DNA of 64,000 nucleotides from an uncultured Gammaproteobacteria bacterium (GCA_963841645.1 CAWJDS010000017.1:300732-364731), one strand, 5' to 3'; counted from the first letter of the stretch, positions 50,044-59,797 are shown. The notes: generated by a model not told the origin, from the sequence alone. Numbers and translations are program-made.

Positions 50044-50600
50044 TCGGGTTTCCCTCCGAGCCGTCGTTGACAGACCTCGAGCGCGTGCTGCATCTCGCGC
50101 TCCGCGGTTCGGCGGCTGATGCCGAGCCGCTTCGCGATCTCGTCGTAGCCGAGCTCGGCGGAGGCGCGCAGCAGGAAAACCTGCCGACAGCGCGGCTTGA
50201 GGTCGAGCAGCGTGCGCTTCACGATCTCGACCCCTTGCTCCAGCGCGACGACTCGATCGGGCGCGGGCAGGTTCGCGGGAAGGTCCGCGAGCTGCTCGTC
50301 GTCGCCGTGCGGACCGCGCGCGCGCCGCTGCCGGAAACGGTCGTACGCGAGATTGGTCGCGACCTTGAAGATGAGAGCGCGCACGCGTCCGACTTCGATG
50401 TTCTCGATCTGCATGAGACGGAGATAAGTCTCCTGCACCAAGTCCTCGGCCTCGTCGCGCCGCGAGAGCAAGTCCGTCAGGTAGCGGAGCAGAGGAGTGC
50501 GAAAGCGCTCGAAGGTTCGCGCGACGAGCTCGTGCCGTCGCCCGACTAGGTCCATCGACTCGGGTTGATCGGTCATCCGGTCGGCGGGGTCGCTGCCCAT
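50040..50600 (-). CDS. ECF sigma factor, FecI-like
   Basis: LLRYL, AEDLVQETYLRL, IFKVATNLAYD, RCRQVFLL, YDEIAKRLGISRRT; ATGA coupling to the anti-sigma gene. Confidence 0.92.
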   Translation of the reverse strand: MGSDPADRMTDQPESMDLVGRRHELVARTFERFRTPLLRYLTDLLSRRDEAEDLVQETYLRLMQIENIEVGRVRALIFKVATNLAYDRFRQRRARGPHGDDEQLADLPANLPAPDRVVALEQGVEIVKRTLLDLKPRCRQVFLLRASAELGYDEIAKRLGISRRTAEREMQHALEVCQRRLGGKPE

Positions 50601-50817
50601 CGTCCTGTGTTTGGCTACCACGCGGTTAATACGTTCGGGCGGCCGGCGCCCGCCAACTTTCTCGCCAGCGCCGGCCGTCTCGGGGCCGGGCGGGCTCGCG
50701 CAGCCTAGCCGCGAGGTCCAAGCCGGACAAGGAAACGCAGCCGCTCGGTCGGTAAGAACGGCGCGCCTCGGCGAGAGTTGGTATCGTGGCGCCGTCGTTC
50801 GGCAGCGCAGGCCAGCT

Positions 50818-51738
50818 TTGTCATCGGCTCATTCGCATCGGCACCGCCCCGTCCTCGGCGTTTTCCTCAAGCTCACGTCCGTGGTCCTGCTCTCGAGCAT
50901 GGCCGCGTGCGTGAAGTACCTCGGCAGCGCGATCCCGAGCGGCGAGACGATCTTCGTGCGCGGCGTGATCTCCGTCGCCGTGCTAGCGCTCATCGCGTGG
51001 CGAGTGGAGGGGCTCGGACTGCTGAAGACGAGCAATCTGCGCTCGCACGCGCTGCGCTCGCTGTGCGGCACCGCGAGCATGTTCTGCTGGTTCTACGCGC
51101 TCACGCTGATTCCGCTGGCGGAGTTCTGGGCGATCGCGTTCACCTCGCCGCTGTTCCTCACGCTGCTCGCGATGCTGTTCCTCGGCGAGCGGATCCATCG
51201 CTATCGCTGGACGGCGCTCGCGATCGGGTTCGTCGGCGTGCTCGTCATCGTCGGACCGCACCTGAGCTTCGGCGCGGGCTCGCTTGGAGTAGGGATGGCG
51301 CTCGCCGCGGCCGTGTTCTCGGCGTTCGCGGTGATGTTTCTGCGCAGCATGAGCGGCAGCGGCGGCGAGCACCCGATCACGATCACCTTCTATTTCTCGG
51401 TGACGACGATGGTGTGCGCCGCGTTCACGGCCGTCGCGGGCTGGCCGATGCCGACGCCGGAGCAATGGTTGTTCATCGTGCTCGCGGGCGTGTTCGGCGT
51501 GTTCGGCCAGTTGTTGATGACTTACTCGTACCGCTTCGCCGAAGCGTCGACGATCGCGCCGATCGACTACGTGAACCTGCTGATCGCGATCGTCTACGGC
51601 TGGTTCTTCTTCGACGAGCTGCCGGATCGCGCGACCTGGATCGGTGCGCCGCTCGTGATCGCGGCCGGCGCGATCATCCTCTGGCGCGAATACAGGCTCA
51701 TGCTGCCGCGCGAGCCCGCCGTCGCTCCGAACGTCTGA
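50818..51738 (+). CDS. DMT/EamA-family transporter
   Basis: Ten TMs; ETIFVRG, AFTSPLF, FLGERI, AEASTIAPIDY. Confidence 0.88.
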   Translation: MSSAHSHRHRPVLGVFLKLTSVVLLSSMAACVKYLGSAIPSGETIFVRGVISVAVLALIAWRVEGLGLLKTSNLRSHALRSLCGTASMFCWFYALTLIPLAEFWAIAFTSPLFLTLLAMLFLGERIHRYRWTALAIGFVGVLVIVGPHLSFGAGSLGVGMALAAAVFSAFAVMFLRSMSGSGGEHPITITFYFSVTTMVCAAFTAVAGWPMPTPEQWLFIVLAGVFGVFGQLLMTYSYRFAEASTIAPIDYVNLLIAIVYGWFFFDELPDRATWIGAPLVIAAGAIILWREYRLMLPREPAVAPNV

Positions 51739-51835
51739 GCGCGCCGCGCGCGCGCTGGGCAGTGGCGGTCCTCGGCGCCCGTCGGCCGCGCGCGTCGCTT
51801 GCCCGCTCGCGGCCGGCTCGACTAGAGTGCGCGCC

Positions 51836-51922
51836 ATGTCGCACGTACGCCGCTCGTTCTTTACCGGCCCCGGCCTGCTCCAGGCCTCGGGGGTTTCCGG
51901 TCGCGCGTCGATTTCTCGCTGA
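51836..51922 (+). CDS. Putative leader peptide MSHVRRSFFTGPGLLQASGVSGRASISR
   Basis: Short ORF with tandem Phe codons (TTC TTT, 51857-51862) upstream of a PheRS paralogue. Confidence 0.5.
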   Translation: MSHVRRSFFTGPGLLQASGVSGRASISR

Positions 51923-52032
51923 TCTCTCCGCCGCCGTTCTCTCCCTGACAGCCTCAGCAGGACCGGGGTGACCGCCGTCCGCTGCGCTCGCGCAGCGCCC
52001 GCAACCCAACGTTCTGCACGAGAGGTGTGTCA
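51862..52032 (+). promoter_or_regulatory. Putative attenuator with mutually exclusive stems
   Basis: 51868-51879 pairs with 51956-51968. Alternatively 51946-51969 pairs with 52004-52032, covering the SD GAGG and the start codon. Confidence 0.45.
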
Positions 52033-53155
52033 TGTCAGTTCGACTGCTCGATACCGAGGCTTATGGACGCGCGCTCGCGCTGCGCGATCTCACCGACACG
52101 GCGCTCGGCCCGCACGCAATGCAACTGCTCGTGCGCGACGCCGTCGCGGCGCTCGCCGCGCGCTGGCGTTGCGCGGTCGTCGTGCACCGCGCGCCGCCTG
52201 TCGTCACGATCGCCGAAAACTACGACTCGCTCGGCTATCCGGCCGACGGCGCGGCGCGTGATGCGCGCTACACGCGGTACGTGTCGCCCGATCGGTTGCT
52301 CCGCACGCAAACGTCCGCGATGGTCCCGCCCGCGCTCCGGATGCTCGCGCCGGCCCGCTACGACGACGTGTTGCTCGTGTGCCCGGGGCTCACTTACCGG
52401 CGCGACGCGATCGATCGGCTGCACGTCGGCGAGCCGCACCAGCTCGATCTCTGGCGCGTCGCGCGTCGCCCACTCGGACGCGCGGCGCTCGAGGAGATGA
52501 TCGACGTCGCGGCGCACGCGATGTTGCCCGGCGCGCCGCTCAGGCTTTCGCCTGCGTGCCACCCGTACACGGTCGACGGGCTCGAGGTGCACGGCGGAGA
52601 TCGACGGACGCACGGTCGAGATCCTCGAGTGCGGTCTCGCAGCGCCGCGGATCCTCCACGACGCCGGCTGGCGATCCGGCGAGCATCACGGGCTCGCGAT
52701 GGGCATCGGGCTCGACCGGATGCTGATGCTGCGCAAAGGCGTTGCCGATATTCGCGAGCTGCGCTCGGCCGATCCGAGAGTCGCTGCGCAGATGCTCGAC
52801 CTCGAGCCGTATCGGCCGGTGTCGTCGCAGCCCGCGATGCGCCGCGATCTCTCGATCGCGGTGCCCGCCGAGACGGCGCCGGAGGAGCTCGGCGACCGCG
52901 CGCGTCAGGCGCTCGGCGATCGCTGCGCGAGCGTCGAGGCGATCGAGGTGCTCAACGAGACCCCGTACGCGGACTTGTCGCCCGTCGCGCGCGAGCGGCT
53001 CGGGATCGCTGCGGGCCAGAAGAACGTGCTGCTGCGCGTCGTGATCCGCGATCTCGAGCGTACTCTGACCGCCGCCGAGGCGAATTCGCTGCGCGACGAG
53101 ATCTATGCGGCGCTGCACGCGCGGCAGCGCGCACACGTGGGCGCCGAACGCGTGA
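52032..53155 (+). CDS. Monomeric PheS-related ligase: class II aaRS catalytic domain plus FDX-ACB anticodon-binding domain (indels near 52590 and 53120)
   Basis: ENYDSLG, LLRTQTS, YRRDAIDRLH..HQLD, HPYT, EILECGL, GLAMGIGLDR, P.MRRDLS, RDLERTLT..EAN. Confidence 0.8.
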
Positions 53156-53203
53156 GTGCTAAGCTTCGACGGCTCCTCCCAACGAACCACAAAGGAGTCC
53201 CGC

Positions 53204-53715
53204 ATGCTGCATCACATTTCGATCGGCGTCGCCGACGTCGCGCGCGTCCGCCCAGTTCTACGATCGCGTCCTGCAAGAGCTCGGCTTCAAGCGCGTCATG
53301 GAGGTTCTGCCATACGGTATCGCGCTATGGCGACAAGCAGCCCGCGTTCTGGATCGGGTTGCCGCACGATCAGCGAGCGGCGTCGACGGGCAACGGCGTG
53401 CACGTCGCGTTCAACGCGACGAGCGAAGAGATGATCCGCGCGTTCCATCGCGCGGCGCTCGAGGCGGGCGGTACCGACGACGGCGCGCCCGGACCGCGGC
53501 CCGACTATGGCCCCGACTATTTCGGCGCGTTCGTGCGCGACCTCGACGGCAACAAGATCGAAGCCGTGCTCGTGCGACTGCCCGCGGCGGCGAAGAAGAA
53601 GGCCGCGAAAAAGGCACGCAAGAAGGCAAGCGCCAAGAAGGCGAAAAGCGCGAAGAGGGCAGGCGGCGCGAAGAAGAAGGCCGCTCGCGGGAAGAAACGC
53701 GGCAAGCGCGCTTGA
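53204..53715 (+). CDS. VOC/glyoxalase-family protein with Lys/Ala-rich tail (two indels)
   Basis: MLHHISIGVAD, HVAFNA, ALEAGGTDDGAPGPRPDY..YFGAFVRDLDGNKIEAV, then AAAKKKAAKK... Confidence 0.85.
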
Positions 53716-53731
53716 CTGAGCGAACGCGGGA

Positions 53732-53759
53732 TCGGACCGGGGCGCTCGCCCCGGTCCGA
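53732..53759. terminator. Hairpin between convergent genes
   Basis: TCGGACCGGGGCG-CT-CGCCCCGGTCCGA. Confidence 0.6.
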
Positions 53760-53772
53760 AGAACCGTGCCCG

Positions 53773-54718
53773 CTATTTCTTGCCGAGCTTGATGAACGCC
53801 AACGCGTTGTTGTTGTTCATCGGGATCACGAGCTGGTTCTGCTTCGAGTCGTAACACATCGATGCGGGCGATGGGATACCGCTTGCGATGATTTCCGCGT
53901 CCTTGCCCGGCCGGATCCGCGACACGCTGCCAAATCGCACGCTCGAGACGTACTTGGTGCCGTCAGGGAGCACGACGAGGCCATCGTTACCGGACTGGTT
54001 CGAGTGCTCGGTCTTGATGAGCTTCGCGCTCTTGTCGAACGTAAGCACGGTGTTGTCGCCGATGTTGATCACGACGATGTTGCCCGCGGGATCGAGCGCG
54101 ACGCCGTTTGGTTGCGCGAGCGGTGCGCCGTTGACGAAGATCGACGACTTGCCGTCCGGCGTCACCTTGTATATGCGCTGCGGGTCGCGCGTGTTCGAGA
54201 CGTAGACGGTGCCGTCGGCCGCGGCTGCGATGCCGTTCAGCACATTGGCCTCGGGGATCGTGACGGCGGCCTTCGGCGCGCCGGTCTTGAGATCGAAGCT
54301 GCGAACCGTGTCGATGTCGGCGGCGTAGAGCGTGCCGTTCGCGATCGCGCTGCCGAGCGGCTGGTTCAGCGTGAGCCCGTCGCGAGTCACGCCGATCCAC
54401 TTCGATGTGTGCACGCGAGCCGTCCGGATTGATCAACGATACGAAGCCGTCGTTCTTTTCGATCGCCTCCGCGTTGCCGGCGTTCATGGCGACGATCAGA
54501 TTGCGCGCGGGATCGAACGTGCAGCTTTCGGCGAAGCGGAAGCTGCCGTAGACCTTCACGTTGCTCGACATCGTCTGCGTGACGCCGGCCTCATTCGTCG
54601 CGCTGAGCGGCGTCCCGGCTTGAAACGGCTTCGGCGCCGTATCCGCGGCGGCCGCGGGCTGCTGCGAGTGCGCGGTCGGAGCGAGCGATAGCACCACGGT
54701 CCCGACGAACGCGGGCAT
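53773..54718 (-). CDS. Secreted SMP-30/gluconolactonase-like beta-propeller (indel near 54420)
   Basis: Signal peptide; FAESC, NDGFVSLI, LNGIA, QPNGVALD, NDGLV. Confidence 0.75.
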
Positions 54719-55019
54719 TGTTCTGATTTTCACGATTTCCCCCGGTAGCAAGAATGGTCCCCGCGCGAATCATGGCCGATCGTCGATTGGCCTGAAAGCC
54801 CCACACGGATGCGCTTCGTACGTCGATGGTCGCGGCTCGTGCGCCGCGGCGTCGGTAGCGTCAGACAGGCGTCTGCCGGTATCCTGTCATGCTGCTCGAC
54901 GGCTTATCGCGGGGGCGTTTCCGATGAACTCGACGATGTGGAAATCGCGTTGCGAACGCTCGCGCGCGACAGAGCCTACGCGCTCCTATAGGTAGGTCGC
55001 CTTGAGCACGCGCGCCAGG

Positions 55020-55745
55020 ATGGCGACTCGTCGATTTCGCGAACGCGGTTGGCCCGCGTTGCGCGTTACCGCGTACGCGCTGCTCGTCGCGCTGCTCTCG
55101 ATCGGCGCAGGCGCGCGCGCCGCGAACCAGCCGCTGCCCATCGTGAAAGTCTCGGCGCCGAGCGGCTCGCACGGGCCGCTGCTACTCGTGCTGAGCGGCG
55201 ACGGTGACTGGACCGGATTCATGAAAGAGCTATCCGAGATGGCGGCGGCGCATGGCGCGCCGGTACTAGGTCTGAAGATGCGCACGTACCTCTCGACGCC
55301 GCATACGCCGGAGCAAGTGGCGGTCGACCTCGAGCCGGTCGTGCGCGGACAGCTGAAGGAGTGGGATCGAAACGACATCGTGATCATCGGCTACTCGCGC
55401 GGCGCCGACACGGCACCGTTCATCGTGAATCGCTGGCCGAGCGACCTGCGCGCGCGCGTGCGATCGCTCGGCCTCATCGGCTTGAGCGACAACGCGAGCT
55501 TCGAGTTCCATTGGGAAGACCTCGCGATCGACGTGTCGAGGCCCACGGACATACCGACGCGCCCGGAGCTCGAGAAGCTCGCGGGCCTGTCGATCCTCTG
55601 CTTCCGCGGCGAGGACGAGCAGAAATCGGCGTGCGCCAGACCGGTCGGCGCCATGCGGATGATCGTGCACGACGGCAAGCATCGCGCGAAGGCCGGCGAC
55701 GGCACCAGCGAGCTCGTGCTGCGAGCCCTCGGCCTCGTTCCCTGA
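55020..55745 (+). CDS. acvB: AcvB/VirJ-family aminoacyl-phosphatidylglycerol hydrolase
   Basis: LSGDGDW, IIGYSRGAD, CFRGEDE..SAC, GKH; adjacent to mprF. Confidence 0.85.
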   Translation: MATRRFRERGWPALRVTAYALLVALLSIGAGARAANQPLPIVKVSAPSGSHGPLLLVLSGDGDWTGFMKELSEMAAAHGAPVLGLKMRTYLSTPHTPEQVAVDLEPVVRGQLKEWDRNDIVIIGYSRGADTAPFIVNRWPSDLRARVRSLGLIGLSDNASFEFHWEDLAIDVSRPTDIPTRPELEKLAGLSILCFRGEDEQKSACARPVGAMRMIVHDGKHRAKAGDGTSELVLRALGLVP

Positions 55746-55749
55746 GTCG

Positions 55750-58311
55750 ATGACGTCGACAAGCGGCGAAAGGCTCCGTTGGCTCAAGCCGCTGCTTGCG
55801 CTCGTGGTGTTCGCTGGCGCCGCGTTCGTTCTTTATAGAGTCCTCGCCCACATCCGCATACGCGAGGTCGTGGCGAGCTTCCGCGCGATCCCCGCGCGTT
55901 CGATCGGCTTAGCGCTGCTCCTGACGTGTGTGAGCTATTGGCTGCTCGGGTTCTACGACGTGCTCGCGCTGCGCTACGCGCGCAAACAGGTCGCGTACAC
56001 GCGTGCACTGTTCACGGCGTTCATCGCGTACGCGTTCGGCCACAACTTCACACTCGCGGGAGTCACCGGCGCCGCCGTGCGGCTGCGCCTGTACTCCGCG
56101 CGCGGGCTCACGGCGATCGACGTCGCGACGGTGTCGGGGTTCTGCTCCCTGACCTCGATGCTCGGTCTCGGCGCGCTCGCGGGCGTCTCGCTGTTACTCG
56201 AGCCGAACGCGACCGCCGTCGCGCTGCACTTCCGGCACGCCGAAGCGTTGCTCATCGGCGCGGTGCTGGTCCTCGTCGTGCTGAGCTATCTCTACTGGGC
56301 GTCGTTCGTGCGCACGCCGCTCGAGATCCGCGGCTGGGCGCTGCGCCCGCCGGGGGCGCTGATTGGGCTCGCGCAACCATTGCTCGGCGCGCTCGACTTC
56401 GCGGTCGCTGGCGCGGTCGTCTGGGTGCTCTTGCCGCCGTCCGCGCACATCGGCTATTTCGCGTTCGCGGGGCTGTACGCCGCCGCCATCACGGTCGGCC
56501 TTCTAAGCCACGTTCCGGGCGGGCTCGGCGTTTTCGAGGCGATGCTCCTACTCATGCTGCCCGAGGTGCCGACGGAGGAGCTGCTCGGCTCGCTGCTCGC
56601 ATTCCGCGCGGTGTATTACCTCGCGCCGCTCGTGGTCGGCGGGCTCGCGTTCCTCATCGAGGAGCTGCGCGCACAGAGCTCGCGCTGGGCACGCGCGCAA
56701 GCGGTCGCGTCGGCGTACATCGCGCCCGTCGTCCCGCAGGTCGCTGCAACGCTCACGTTCATCGCCGGGGCCGTGCTGCTCCTCTCCGGCGCGACGCCCG
56801 GCGTCGACGCGCGCATCGAGGTGCTCCATCGGATGCTGCCGCTCGCGATTCTCGAGGTATCTCACCTCGTCGGCAGCCTCGTCGGGCTAGGGCTGATCGT
56901 GCTCGCGTCGTCGCTGCGGCGGCGCGTGAGCGCCGCCTATCACATCGCACTCGCGTTGATCGCGGCCGGTATCGCGGCGTCGTTGCTCAAGGGCATCGAC
57001 TTCGAGGAGGCCGTGCTGCTCGCGATCGCCGGAGCGGTGCTCGTGCTCGGCCGCAGCTCGTTTTATCGGCCCTCTTCGATCCTTGCCGAGCGCTACACGC
57101 CGGCCTGGGTCGTGAGCATCGTCGGCGTGATCGCTGCGACCGTCTGGGTCGGCTTCTTCGCGTATCGCAACGTCGAGTACTCGAGCGACCTTTGGTGGAC
57201 GTTCGCGTTCAACGCCGATGCGCCGCGCATGCTGCGCGCCGCGCTGATCGTGGGCGTAGCCGCCGCCGCTCTACTGCTCCTGAACTTGCTGCGCCCCGCG
57301 CGTCCCGAGCCCGTGACCGCGAGCGCGGACGATCTCGCGAAGGCGCGCGGCGCGGTCGAGCGCTCCGAGCAGTCGCTCGCGAACGCGGCACTGATGGGCG
57401 ACAAACGCCTGCTCTTCAGCGACGACCAGAACGCGTTCGTGATGTATCAGGTCTCCGGGCGCAGCTGGATCGCGCTCGGCGACCCGGTCGGCGAGCTACG
57501 CTACAGCGAAGAGCTCGTCTGGCGCTTCCGCGAGCTTTCGGACCACCACGCGGGCTGGACGGTGTTCTATCAGGCGAGCCGCACGCGGCTGCCGCAGTAC
57601 ATCGATCTCGGGCTCGCCGCGTTCAAGCTCGGCGAAGAAGCGCACGTTCCGCTCCAAGAGTTCTCGCTCGACGGCAGCGCGCGCGCGGAGCTGCGTCAGG
57701 ACCACCGCCGCGCGGTTCGCGACGGCGCTACGTTCGAGATCGTGCCGGCGGAGCGTGTGCCGCGAATGCTGCCGGAGCTGCGCAAGATCTCGGACGCGTG
57801 GCTCGCCGACAAAGCCACCGCGGAGAAGCACTTCTCCGTCGGCGCGTTCGATCCCGCGTATCTCGGTCAGTTCGACTTCGCGCTCGTGCGTCGAATGGGC
57901 GTGCTCGTCGCGTTCGCGAATCTTTGGGAGACGCGGACGAAGCGCGAGCTGTCGGTCGATCTGATGCGATTCGGTCCGGACGCACCGCGCAGCGCGATGG
58001 ACTTCCTGTTCGTCGAGCTGATGCTCTGGGGCCGCGAGCAGGGCTACGAGTGGTTCAACCTAGGCATGGCCCCGCTGGCCGGCCTCGAGCAACATCCGCT
58101 CGCGCCGGCGTGGCATCGCGTCGGCAACTTCGTGTTCCGTTACGGCGAGCACTTCTACAACTTCGAGGGCTTGCGCCGCTACAAGACGAAGTTTCGGCCG
58201 GTATGGGAGCCGCGCTATCTCGTCGGTCCGGGCGGCATCGCACTACCGCGGATCTTGCTCGACGTGTCGGCGCTGATCTCAGGTGGGATCAAGGAATTGT
58301 TCGCCAAGTAG
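55750..58311 (+). CDS. mprF: Bifunctional aminoacyl-phosphatidylglycerol flippase/synthetase
   Basis: VPGGLGVFE, LMGDK, ALGDPVG, KLGEEA, SVDLMR, NLGMAPL, FYNFEGLRRYK.KF.PVWEPRYL. Confidence 0.95.
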   Translation: MTSTSGERLRWLKPLLALVVFAGAAFVLYRVLAHIRIREVVASFRAIPARSIGLALLLTCVSYWLLGFYDVLALRYARKQVAYTRALFTAFIAYAFGHNFTLAGVTGAAVRLRLYSARGLTAIDVATVSGFCSLTSMLGLGALAGVSLLLEPNATAVALHFRHAEALLIGAVLVLVVLSYLYWASFVRTPLEIRGWALRPPGALIGLAQPLLGALDFAVAGAVVWVLLPPSAHIGYFAFAGLYAAAITVGLLSHVPGGLGVFEAMLLLMLPEVPTEELLGSLLAFRAVYYLAPLVVGGLAFLIEELRAQSSRWARAQAVASAYIAPVVPQVAATLTFIAGAVLLLSGATPGVDARIEVLHRMLPLAILEVSHLVGSLVGLGLIVLASSLRRRVSAAYHIALALIAAGIAASLLKGIDFEEAVLLAIAGAVLVLGRSSFYRPSSILAERYTPAWVVSIVGVIAATVWVGFFAYRNVEYSSDLWWTFAFNADAPRMLRAALIVGVAAAALLLLNLLRPARPEPVTASADDLAKARGAVERSEQSLANAALMGDKRLLFSDDQNAFVMYQVSGRSWIALGDPVGELRYSEELVWRFRELSDHHAGWTVFYQASRTRLPQYIDLGLAAFKLGEEAHVPLQEFSLDGSARAELRQDHRRAVRDGATFEIVPAERVPRMLPELRKISDAWLADKATAEKHFSVGAFDPAYLGQFDFALVRRMGVLVAFANLWETRTKRELSVDLMRFGPDAPRSAMDFLFVELMLWGREQGYEWFNLGMAPLAGLEQHPLAPAWHRVGNFVFRYGEHFYNFEGLRRYKTKFRPVWEPRYLVGPGGIALPRILLDVSALISGGIKELFAK

Positions 58312-58417
58312 CCGCTGCGTTCCCTACGCAGCGCTCGCTGACGGCAATCCCTTGCCCTGCGTCGCCGACCGCGGCCGGCTCAAGAAGGCCGCCGGCCGCG
58401 GCCTCGAAGGTCAGCCG

Positions 58418-58738
58418 TTACTGACCAAGTCGCTGGTCACATCGGTGGCCAGATCGCTGGCCAAGTCGCGAGCGATCGCGTCGCCGGGCCGCTCGATCAT
58501 CGAGGCCCTCGAACGGCGCGCGCGGGTTGCGGTTCGGAGCAATCGCCGAGCCACGGGCTCGACGGTCGGGCCAAACCATGGGGTTACCGAGGTAGCGAAC
58601 GCCGCGTTCGCGCATCCATTTCAGCTGCGCCTCGCGCTTCGCTCGCAACGTATCGGCTTCGCCGCCCGGCACGCAGACGGCCGGTAGCTTCAGCAGCGCG
58701 GAGTCGAAGTTACGCCAGGAGTTGAATAGCGAGCTCAT
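58418..58738 (-). CDS. Small hypothetical protein (probably frameshifted in the 3' half)
   Basis: GAGG RBS; protein-like N-terminus LRAKREAQLKWMRERGVRYL. Confidence 0.45.
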   Translation of the reverse strand: MSSLFNSWRNFDSALLKLPAVCVPGGEADTLRAKREAQLKWMRERGVRYLGNPMVWPDRRARGSAIAPNRNPRAPFEGLDDRAARRRDRSRLGQRSGHRCDQRLGQ

Positions 58739-58993
58739 TGTTATTGTCCTCGAGAGATGCGGTGTACGGCTAACATTTTGGGCGAAAGCGCAGCACGGTC
58801 CAGTGTGCAGCGCGAGACGCGCTGTTCTCGGCGCGTTCCCGCGAAATCAAGAGGCTTATGGAAAACCTTGGCCGCGCGCGATGTGACGCGTCGCGCGGAT
58901 TGGGTGTGCGCGGCGCAAACGATCAGCGGTTGCGACGTGTGGCTCGATGCGTCGCGCGATAGGAAAGCAAAGCGCGTTGCGCGCAGTTTTGCG

Positions 58994-59797
58994 TCAGCTC
59001 TTGCGCGGTTCCAGGTCCAAGCGCGCTATCCATCCCGCAGTCGACTTGGATGCCGCCGGATAGCGCTCGAGCACGAGCGGATCGTGCCCCGGGATGACGT
59101 GCGCCTTGGAGCTCGCGAGTCGCTCGAGCGTGTTGTAGCCCTCGACCATGTCGGCGAGGTTGTAGAGCACTCGGAAAACGCGTCGGGTGTCGATGTGCTG
59201 GTAGAAGTGCGTCGCGTCGGATGCGAGCACGACGTGGCCGCGCGCCGTGGGCACCCGCACGCACTGGAGGCCTTTCGTGTGGCCGCCGATCTTGTGCACG
59301 GTAATACCGGGAGCGACCTCGTCGACCCCGTCATGAAACTGCACGTGGCCGGCGAACACGCGATAGACCATCCGCGACACGTCTTCGGGCTCGAACGCGT
59401 GGTTGATCTGGTGGTGGCACATGCAGCGGCCCGTGACGTACTCCATCTCGGTGTCCTGCATGTGAAACCGCGCGTTCGGGAACAGCGCCCCGTTGCCGCA
59501 GTGGTCATAATGCATGTGCGTGATGATCACGTCCTTCACGCCGGAGTGCGCGATGCCGGCCGCCTCGAGCCCTTCCTCGACCGGGTGGACGATCTTGCGT
59601 TGGCGCTTCTTCGCCATCGTGCCGTCGAAGCCCGTGTCGACCACGATCGTGCGGCCGTCGCCGACGATCGCCCAGACGAAGTAGTCGAGCGGCATGTCGG
59701 AGTCTTCGTGCGGGTCGCCGTCGACGAAGTTGCCCCAGGCTTTGCGTCCGACCTCGGCGTACTTGATCGCGAAAATCTCGTAGGACGGCGTGCTCAC
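58994..59797 (-). CDS. N-acyl homoserine lactonase-family MBL hydrolase
   Basis: PLDYFVW, VDTG, ITHMHYDHCG, GGHTKG, LASDA, IPGHDP. Confidence 0.88.
   Translation of the reverse strand: MSTPSYEIFAIKYAEVGRKAWGNFVDGDPHEDSDMPLDYFVWAIVGDGRTIVVDTGFDGTMAKKRQRKIVHPVEEGLEAAGIAHSGVKDVIITHMHYDHCGNGALFPNARFHMQDTEMEYVTGRCMCHHQINHAFEPEDVSRMVYRVFAGHVQFHDGVDEVAPGITVHKIGGHTKGLQCVRVPTARGHVVLASDATHFYQHIDTRRVFRVLYNLADMVEGYNTLERLASSKAHVIPGHDPLVLERYPAASKSTAGWIARLDLEPRKS

Noticed and set aside
52699-53715. Apparent PheRS-ACB/VOC fusion ORF
   Set aside because: Produced by indels. The ligase has a plausible stop at 53155 and the VOC gene has its own AAGGAG RBS and ATG at 53204.
55020-58311. acvB/virJ-mprF as a novel or T4SS-related locus
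   Set aside because: Well-described aminoacyl-PG synthesis and hydrolysis pair.
55926-58424. Long alternative-frame and antisense ORFs (also 3192-4580, 18504-19514 and others)
   Set aside because: Expected in high-GC DNA with few stop codons; R/A/G/P-rich with no motifs.
58994-59797. Dedicated quorum-quenching system
   Set aside because: Broad MBL family with no LuxI/LuxR context; substrate cannot be inferred.
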